Notes under the pieces: model-generated
The model's database searches: none
The model's input: only the letters and a program-made list of their open reading frames with translations
What the model was told of the DNA's origin: nothing
Program-made: the position numbers and the translations under genes
Part shown: positions 56,377 to 64,000 of the stretch, in pieces
How the letters are laid out: every line of letters begins with the position of its first letter
How positions within the stretch are numbered: the first letter of the stretch is position 1
Source of the DNA: an uncultured Coriobacteriia bacterium
GTDB lineage: Bacteria; Actinomycetota; Coriobacteriia; Anaerosomatales; PHET01
Length of the DNA stretch: 64,000 bases
Direction: 5' to 3'
Assembly (NCBI GenBank): GCA_963751505.1
Contig: CAVVUM010000013.1
Location: forward strand, 4,053 to 68,052

Positions 56377-56556
56377 GTGCGTTCGATTGCGATATGGACC
56401 GCGGTAGTTGCAGGGCTGGTGCTCGGCGTCTGGCTGCTTCTCCACGTCTTCATCTCACCCGTGAACCCGGCGCAACAGCCGCCTGATGGCCACTACGCGG
56501 GCTCGTGCTGGGCCTGCCACTTCGTGAGCGATGCCGCAGAGGTACGCAGCCCATAG
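56377..56556 (+). CDS. 59-aa membrane-anchored putative monoheme c-type cytochrome (not in ORF track)
   Basis: MRSIAIWTAVVAGLVLGVWLLLHVFISPVNPAQQPPDGHYAGSCWACHFVSDAAEVRSP: TM helix plus CxxCH. Purine-rich RBS; fills the intergenic gap. Confidence 0.75.
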   Translation: MRSIAIWTAVVAGLVLGVWLLLHVFISPVNPAQQPPDGHYAGSCWACHFVSDAAEVRSP

Positions 56557-56570
56557 GAGAGGGGACGAGA

Positions 56571-57362
56571 GTGACAAGTCAGGAGTTCTGGAGCGGCTGG
56601 TGGTGGCCGGCGATGACCGCGCTGCTGGGGTTCGCCTTCACGTGGCTCGTGTTCCGTCAGTGGCTGCAGCGCCACAAGCCCCACCAGATGGCGTGGTCGG
56701 TCGGCTTGCTGATGTATGCGGTCGCGGCGCTCATGGAGGCGTACTCCGAGCTCAGCGGGTCGTGGAACCCGACCGTGTACCGGTTCTACATCGTGCTCGC
56801 AGCGTCCATGGTCGGCTACCTCGGGCTCGGCTCGTACTACCTGCTCGCTCGCACGAAGACCGGCCCCCACATCTACCTCGGCATGCTGCTCGGCTGGGAG
56901 GTCGTGTTTCTCTGGGGCGTGTTCAACACGCCGCTGATGCTCGACAAACTCGTTCCCGGCATCACCGTCGGAGGCCAGGCACTCGGCGCGGGCGCATCGT
57001 TCCCGCGGGTGATGTCGCTACCGTTCAACATCTCCGGCACGTTCTTCCTGCTCGGAGGTGCTCTCGTCTCTGTCTATCGCTTCTCCAAGAAGAAGGAGTA
57101 CGCGTACCGGATGTGGGCGAACGTGCTCATCGCTGTCGGTACGATCTGCATCGCTGCAGCCGGCAGCATGGCGCGTGCGGGTGCCACTGCCGGCCTCTAT
57201 CCGGCCGAGATGGTCGCCTCGGCCATCCTGCTCGCCGGCTTCCTGATGGCCGGCACGCTCGACAAGGGCGCCAAGGCCGCCATCAAGGCAGGTCAGGAGC
57301 GCAGAGCCGCCGAGTCAGCCCCTGCGAGCGAATCATCCGGAGCAGCAGCAGAAACGCTGTAG
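56571..57362 (+). CDS. Hypothetical polytopic (about 7 TM) membrane protein
   Basis: GTG start with purine-rich RBS, about seven hydrophobic helices and RHKPHQMAW loop. Confidence 0.75.
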   Translation: MTSQEFWSGWWWPAMTALLGFAFTWLVFRQWLQRHKPHQMAWSVGLLMYAVAALMEAYSELSGSWNPTVYRFYIVLAASMVGYLGLGSYYLLARTKTGPHIYLGMLLGWEVVFLWGVFNTPLMLDKLVPGITVGGQALGAGASFPRVMSLPFNISGTFFLLGGALVSVYRFSKKKEYAYRMWANVLIAVGTICIAAAGSMARAGATAGLYPAEMVASAILLAGFLMAGTLDKGAKAAIKAGQERRAAESAPASESSGAAAETL

Positions 57363-57420
57363 CCGGCTGGAGAACTTGCCGATTCATAGGGTGACGGTCC
57401 ACCTCGCTTCGGAGGCGACG

Positions 57421-59145
57421 GTGAGTCACCCGGTTAGAGACATCACGCGCACCCCGGTGCCGCCAGATGCCGAGTCGCCTGACGCGGTCCTGGATGACGA
57501 CGCCCGACGCGCGCTCGTAGACGAGCTGAACGCGCGGGCACGAGCGGTGCGCCACACCGACTTCGACCGGCTCAGGACGCTTGCCGACCGCGCATTCGAG
57601 GCGGCGTGTCAGGTCGCTCCGGACGGCAGCCAGTACTCGCTCGGCATGGGCACTGCGCTCGCTCTCCTCGCCCACCGCAGCAACACACTCGGCGAGCTGA
57701 GCGACGCGCTGTCCCAGGCAGGCCAGGCGATCGCGCTGCTCGAGCCGCTGGGACCGAGCACGGTGCTGGGCGAAGCGCTCGGTACGCTCGGCTGGACGCA
57801 CTTCTTCCTGGGCGACTACGTGGAGGCGCTCGAGGAGCTGATGGCAGCGCTCCACGTTTCCGAGACGATCGGCGACACGGGTCTGCAGGCCTACGCGCTC
57901 GAGAAGACCGGTAGCGTTCACGCGTCGTCAGGTCACTGCGACGTAGCACTCGACCTTCAGCAGCGCGCGCTCGCGCTCCATCGCGAACTGCGCGACCCGC
58001 TCGGCGAGGCGACCGTGCTCAACAACATGGCGTACACGCAGATGGACCTCGCGGACTACGACGGCGCGCTCGAGTCCGCACACGCTGCGCTCACGTGGGC
58101 ACGTGGTGGCGAACACCGCTACCTGCTTTGCGGTGTGCTCGACACCATCGCCGAGATCCACCTGCGGGTCGGTGAGCCCGACGAGGCCGAGGAGTACACG
58201 CGCCAGGCGCTCGAACTCGCGCTCGAACTCGGATCGCAATCAGACGAGGCCACGAACCGCATGACGCTCGGACGTATCCACTGCGCCCGCGAGGAGTGGG
58301 ATGAGGCGCTCGTGCAGACCGCCCAGGCACTCGCGATCGCGGAGCGCAAGCAGCTCGGGGTCGAAGCATACGAGTGCCACCGCCTCCTGTCCGATATCAA
58401 CGAGCGGTGCGGCGACTGCAAGAAGGCACTCGCCCACTACCGTCGCTTCCACGAGCTCAAGCAGACGCGCGTCAATGAGGAGACGCAGGCGCGGCTCGCC
58501 AACCTGCGCGTTGCGCATCAGATCGACGGGGCCAAGAAGGACGCCGAGATCCAGCGGCTACGCAGTCTCGCGCTCGAGCAGGAGGTGGAAGAGCGACGCG
58601 TTGCGCAGGCCCGTCTCGAGGCACAGGCCTCTCTCGACCCGCTCACCGGTCTGTTCAACCGCGGCCACCTCGCCATGCTCACCGACCAGATGCGCGCCGG
58701 CACGACGCCCCTTCCGGTCTCGCTCCTGATGCTCGACATCGACCGCTTCAAGATGATCAACGACACGCACGGCCACGTTGCGGGCGACCGCGTGCTCATC
58801 TCGATCACGCGCCAGATCAGCGCCAACTTCCGCCAGTCCGACGTCGCCTGCCGCTACGGCGGCGACGAGTTCCTCGTGCTGCTCACGGGCATGGACGCCG
58901 AGGGTGCTCGTACCGTCTCCGAGCGGCTCCGCGAGGTTGTCGCCGCCTCACCGGTCGCCTACGGGGCTGTACGGATCCCTGTGACCATCAGCGCGGGCGT
59001 GGCGACAGTCGACGGCGAGGGACCCGTCTCACTCGACACGCTCATCGAGCGAGCGGACCGCGCACTCTACGCCGCAAAGCAGTCCGGCCGCGACCGCGTG
59101 ATGGTCGACTCGGGAGCGCCACTTCCGAGGCACTCGGCCGAGTAG
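57421..59145 (+). CDS. TPR-repeat diguanylate cyclase (GGDEF)
   Basis: MalT-like TPR repeats, ALAHYRRF...E helix, DPLTGLFNR, FKMINDTHGH and RQSDVACRYGGDEF (with I-site). Confidence 0.92.
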   Translation: MSHPVRDITRTPVPPDAESPDAVLDDDARRALVDELNARARAVRHTDFDRLRTLADRAFEAACQVAPDGSQYSLGMGTALALLAHRSNTLGELSDALSQAGQAIALLEPLGPSTVLGEALGTLGWTHFFLGDYVEALEELMAALHVSETIGDTGLQAYALEKTGSVHASSGHCDVALDLQQRALALHRELRDPLGEATVLNNMAYTQMDLADYDGALESAHAALTWARGGEHRYLLCGVLDTIAEIHLRVGEPDEAEEYTRQALELALELGSQSDEATNRMTLGRIHCAREEWDEALVQTAQALAIAERKQLGVEAYECHRLLSDINERCGDCKKALAHYRRFHELKQTRVNEETQARLANLRVAHQIDGAKKDAEIQRLRSLALEQEVEERRVAQARLEAQASLDPLTGLFNRGHLAMLTDQMRAGTTPLPVSLLMLDIDRFKMINDTHGHVAGDRVLISITRQISANFRQSDVACRYGGDEFLVLLTGMDAEGARTVSERLREVVAASPVAYGAVRIPVTISAGVATVDGEGPVSLDTLIERADRALYAAKQSGRDRVMVDSGAPLPRHSAE

Positions 59146-59210
59146 GCGCTCTCGCCCTGCGGGTATAGTGGCCTGCGGCAGCAGTCCCACTTGACCGCCG
59201 GAGGCGTCCG

Positions 59211-59713
59211 ATGACCGCTCGTCGCGTGCTCGCAGCCCAGAATGTCAGCCGCATGTGCATGGTGTGCGGTGTCGAGAACAGCGCCGGACTTCACAGCCGC
59301 TTCTTGGAGCTCGACAACGGCGAGCTGCTCGGCGTCTTCACTCCCCGCACCGAACACCAGGGCTACCCGGGGCGCCTCCACGGCGGCATCGCATCCACCC
59401 TGCTCGACGAGACCATCGGGCGCGCGATCGGCATCAGCGAGCCCGAGGCCTGGGGCGTGACGGTCGAGCTCAACGTGCGGTTCAAGCAAGCCGGTCCCGC
59501 TCGACGCCGAAGTACGTGCGATCGGCCGCATGACCGAGAACTCGAGCCGCCTGTTCTCGGGCACCGGCGAGATCGTGCTCGCCGATGGGACCGTCGCTGT
59601 CGAGGCATCCGGCCGCTATCTCAAGATGTCGATCGAGCGCATCGCCGAGGGCGACTTCGGCTACCGAGTGGTTCGCCGACGATCGCGAGCTACCCGACAG
59701 CGTCGACGTGTAG
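59211..59713 (+). CDS. PaaI family thioesterase, frameshifted
   Basis: CMVCGVENSAGL, HQGYPGRLHGGIASTLLDE and TVELNVRF. Confidence 0.88.
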
Positions 59714-59834
59714 CCGGTCGCATCGCCTCAGCGGCGCGAGACCGGCGTGCATCTGCGCCCGCACAGGCCTCCCGTGGGTATCAACCTATCGCACCAGGTT
59801 CGGCTGGACCGAGCCGATCGCCGAGGGAGGACCC

Positions 59835-60642
59835 ATGAACGTGCTTGTCGCTGATCCTGTCGATCGTCGTGCTGTTCCTGCTTGCCCTTGGCGTCGCGTT
59901 TCTCACTGGGCTGCGTGTCGCCCGCGAGTACGAGCGCGCGGTCGTCTTCCGCCTCGGGCGACTGCGAGGCATCAAGGGTCCCGGCCTGTACTGGCTCATC
60001 CCCTTCGGCCTCGAGCAGCAGCGCAAGGTCGACCTGCGAACGCTGACCATCGACGTCGAGAGCCAGGAGTCGATCACGAAGGACTCGGTCACGGTCAAGG
60101 TCAACGCGGTCGTGTGGATGAGGATCGTCGATCCGGTCAAGTCGGTGGTCGCGGTCGCCAACTTCAACAACGCGGCCTACCAGGTGGCACTGACGAGCCT
60201 GCGCAACATCATCGGCCAGCACTACCTCGACGAAGTCCTCAAGGAGCGCGACAAGATCAACGCGGCGCTGCAAGAGATCGTGGACAAGGCGACCGAGCCG
60301 TGGGGCGTCAACGTCGAGATGGTCGAGATGAAGGACGTCGAAATACCGGTGCAGATGCAGCGAGCCATGGCTCAGGAGGCCCAGGCCCAGCGCGAGAAGC
60401 GCGCGCGCATCATCAAAGCCGAGGCGGAGCAGGAGGCCGCGGCCAAGCTCGCGGAGGCCTCGGTCGTCATCACCGCGAACCCGCTCGCGCTCGAGTTGCG
60501 CCGCATGCAGATGGTGACCGAGGTGGGCGCCGAGCAGAACACGACGACGATCATCATGATGCCGAGCGAGTTCGTGACGCTCGCCGAGAGCATGGCCAAG
60601 GCGTTCAGACAAGGGGCGGTCAAGCCATCCGAGGAGTCATAG
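59835..60642 (+). CDS. SPFH/stomatin (slipin) family protein
   Basis: EYERAVVFRLGR, KVDLRT, ITKDSV, TEPWG and AMAQEAQAQREKRARII. Confidence 0.93.
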
Positions 60643-60691
60643 CAGCTGAAGGCGGCCGCGGGGGCGAGCCGCAACCGGAGAGGGGGCTCTC

Positions 60692-61617
60692 ATGATCCTG
60701 GTAGTCGGAGCGACCGGGCAGCTTGGCAGCCGTGTCTGCAGTCAGCTGCTCGCCGATGGGTACGCGGTGCGCGCTGCCACGCGGGAGCGCAGTCGCGCGA
60801 GCGAGCTCGCCAGAGCGGGCGCCGAGGTGGTCATCGCGGACCTGCGGGACGCGTCCACTCTCGATGCAGCGGTCGAGAGCTGCGACACCGTCATCGACTG
60901 CGCGCACGGTCTCGCGGGCGATCACGCCACGCGCGACAACAACCCACGCAGCGTCGACGACGCTGGCAACGCCAACCTCATCGCCGCCGCCAAGCGCGCC
61001 GGTGTGGCGCGCTTCATCTTCGTGTCTCTGCTGGGCGCGTCGGCCGACAGCCCCACCGCATTCCTGCGCGCCAAGTACGCGTCGGAAGAGCGGGTCCGCA
61101 AGTCGGCCATCCCCTACACCATCATCCGCCCGGGTGCCTTCATGGAGACGTGGGCGGGCATGATCGGCTCGCCGGTCATCGAGGGCAAGAAGGCGACCGT
61201 GTTCGGCGACGGGACGAACCCTGTCTCGTTCGTCGCGGTCGAGACGTTGCCCGCCTCGTCGTCGCGGCGGCCGAGACCGACGCGCTGCGCGATCGCACAG
61301 TCGACGTGGGCGGGCCCGAGGCGTACACGCTTCCGGAGGTGGCCGAGCTCTTCGGCAGCGAGACCAACCAGCCCGCCCAGATCTCGAAGGTGCCGGTTCC
61401 GATGATGCGCGTGATGTCGGGGGTGCTCGGACCCTTCAACCCGCCCTTGAGTCGACTGATGGGTATGGGCGCGTGGATGGCGTCGACACCGCAGACGTGC
61501 GACACCGAGACGGACGTCTGCGAGCTCATCGGAGAGCGCACGCCGTTGGAGGACGTCGTCCAGTCGATCGTCGACAGGTCCGAAGCGGCGACCGTCTCCC
61601 AGGTCACGTCGGTCTGA
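60692..61617 (+). CDS. NmrA/atypical SDR NAD(P)-binding oxidoreductase, frameshifted near 61250
   Basis: ILVVGATGQLG, AGVARFIFVS, YTIIRPGAFM and VGGPE. Confidence 0.88.
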
Positions 61618-61659
61618 GGCGAGGCGCCCAGCGCTGCGGAGGTCACCGGAGTGTACTTG

Positions 61660-61678
61660 CACACTAACTGTTAGTGTG
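61660..61678. promoter_or_regulatory. Palindromic operator, probably for the downstream MarR
   Basis: Perfect inverted repeat CACACTAAC-T-GTTAGTGTG overlapping TTGCAC (-35-like) in an AT-rich patch. Confidence 0.7.
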
Positions 61679-61740
61679 TTAATAGTTATCTTGCTTATCG
61701 CCCCCGCAGGCACGTCCTGCCCAACCCGAGGTGCAAGCCC

Positions 61741-62269
61741 ATGCACGTCTCAGAATCCCCCCGCCACCGCGAGATACGCGAGTCTCAGCACGACGAACTC
61801 TCCTGGCGCGTGTTCGGCGCACTGCATCGCGTCATGCACGCGCAGCGGCGCGTCATGACCCAGATCATGGCCGACCGCGACATCCAGCCGGCCCAAGCGT
61901 TCTGCATGCGGGTGCTCGGCCATCACGACGGCGTGACGCAGCGCGACCTCGCCGAACTGCTCGAGGTGAGCCGACCGACCGTCACCGTGATGCTGCAGAA
62001 GATGGAGAAGGCGGGCCTCGTCGAGCGCCGCGTGGACACCGATGACCAGCGCTACACGCGCATCTACCTCACCGAGGACGGCTGGAAGGCGCACGAGGAG
62101 ATGCACGGCGGTCCTCGAAGCGTTCATCTCAACGGCCATCGGCTCGCTTGCCGAGGACGACCAGCGCGAGCTCGAGCGACTCCTCGGCCTGCTGAGCGAC
62201 AACCTCAGCGCCTCGAACGAGCGCTGCAGCGCGGCGACCGGTGAGACCGCGAAGGACGTGCCTGCGTGA
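61741..62269 (+). CDS. MarR family transcriptional regulator, frameshifted near 62110
   Basis: GVTQRDLAELL...PTVTVMLQKMEKAGLVER...DQR...IYLTEDG. Confidence 0.92.
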
Positions 62270-63998
62270 TCACGCTGCTCCGAACCTACCTGAAGCCCTA
62301 CCGGTGGCAGCTCGCGCTCGTCATAGCGCTGCTGGTCGTACAGGCGATCACGAACCTCTACCTCCCCAACCTCAACGCCAACATCATCAACAACGGCGTG
62401 GCAAAGGGCGATACCAGCCTACATCCTCCAGCAGGGTGCGATCATGCTGCTCGTGACGCTGCTGATGGGTGTAGCGGCGGTGGTCGCGGTCTACTTCGGC
62501 TCGAAGACGGCGATGGCGTTCGGGCGCGACGTGCGCGGCGCGATCTTCCGACGCGTCGAGAGCTTCTCGGCGACCGAGATCAACACCTTCGGCGCGCCTT
62601 CACTCATCACCCGAAACACCAACGACGTCCAGCAGGTGCAGATGGTCGTCATGATGATGCTCAACGTGATGATCCTTGCGCCGATCATGATGGTCGGCGG
62701 CATCTTCATGGCGCTCAGGCAAGACGTGCAGCTGTCGGCGATGATCGCGATCATCATCCCGCTCATGGCCGTGATCATCGGCCTGATGCTCCGCACCGCG
62801 ATGCCGCTGTTCAAGTCGATGCAGGTCAAGATCGACCGCGTGAACCAGGTCGTGCGCGAGAAGCTCACCGGCATCCGCGTCATCCGCGCGTTCGTGCGCA
62901 CCGACTACGAGGAGCGCCGATTCGACGAGGCGAACCGCGACCTCACCGACACGCAGCTCGCCGTCACGCGCCTGTTCGCGCTGATGATGCCGCTGCTCAT
63001 GGCAATCTTCAACTTCTCGACGGTCGCCATCATCTGGTTCGGCGCCTACCGTGTGGACAGCGGAGAGATGCTCGTCGGCGACCTGACCGCATTTCTCGCC
63101 TACATCATGCAGATTCTCATGTCGGTGATGATGGCGGTCCTCATGTTCGTGATGATCCCGCGCGCAGCGGCCTCTGCGGCTCGGCTGCAAGAGGTACTCG
63201 ACACCGAGCCGTCGGTGACCGACCCGGAGGAGTCCGCCACCGAGACCGGCCAGTGCGGCTTCATCGAGTTCCGCGATGTCGAGTTCCGCTATCCCGGCGC
63301 CGAGGACCCAGTGCTCTGCAGCGTGTCGTTCTCGGCGGCGCCCGGTGAGACCACGGCGATCGTGGGAAGCACCGGTTCGGGCAAGTCGACGCTCATCAAC
63401 CTCATCCCCCGCTTCTACGACGTGACCGGCGGCTCCGTTCTCGTCGACGGCGTGGACGTGCGCGATATCACCCGCGACCGGCTGTGGGCCAAGATCGGCT
63501 TCATCCCCCAGAAGTCGTTCCTCTTCACAGGCACCGTCGCGAGCAACCTGCAGTTCGGGAAGCAGGACGCATCGGAGGCCGAGATGTGGCATGCGCTCGC
63601 GGTCGCGCAGGGCAAGGAGTTCGTCGCCGAGATGCCCGAGGGTCTTGAGGCCGCCGATCTCGCAGGGCGGTGCGAACGTCTCCGGCGGGCAGCGCCAACG
63701 TCTCGCGATCGCTCGCGCGCTCGTGAAGCGGCCCGAGATCTACGTGTTCGACGACTCCTTCTCAGCGCTCGACTTCAAGACCGACTCGAAGCTGCGTGCG
63801 GCGCTCAAGAGAGAGACCGCCGAGGCGACGGTGATCATCGTGGCCCAGCGCGTCAGCACGATCATGGACGCCGACCGCATCGTCGTCATGGACGGCGGCC
63901 GCGTCGTGGGCATCGGCACGCACGCCGAGCTGATGGAGTCCTGCGAGACCTACACCGAGATCGTCTACTCGCAGCTCTCGGCCGAGGAAGTGGCATGA
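62266..63998 (+). CDS. Heterodimeric multidrug ABC exporter, first (degenerate-site) subunit, frameshifted
   Basis: TMD with SLITRNTNDV and REKLTGIRVIRAF; GSTGSGKST, VSGGQRQR, non-canonical Walker B FDDS and VAQR switch. The next gene starts at the window edge (ATGAGC). Confidence 0.9.
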
Positions 63999-64000
63999 GC

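Overview
Very GC-rich bacterial chromosomal window, most consistent with an anaerobic deep-branching actinobacterium such as Coriobacteriia. This placement is inferred from gene content: porCDAB, UPF0182, actinobacterial ask-asd, tipA and ffs-dnaX-ybaB-recR. About 55 genes are present. A majority are split by single-base indels, including normally essential ones, which points to long-read assembly error; features below give the reconstructed full genes, so some ends are approximate. Core genes: ask/asd, pyruvate:ferredoxin oxidoreductase operon, SRP RNA, dnaX/ybaB/recR, cls, a DEAD-box helicase, Ku/LigD NHEJ, ABC transporters and a CDP-alditol/teichoic-acid-type locus. No CRISPR array, tRNA, rRNA or mobile element was recognised. 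Most notable observations: (i) an ArsS-type radical SAM gene whose apparent stop is probably a selenocysteine UGA with a SECIS-like hairpin, coupled to a fused double glycosyltransferase and an AlkD-like gene; (ii) an [FeFe]-hydrogenase-like Fe-S sensor fused to a GGDEF domain with an altered diiron pocket; (iii) a shared sigma28/WhiG-like promoter in front of three dispersed c-di-GMP genes; (iv) a 59-aa membrane-anchored CxxCH protein missed by the ORF track.
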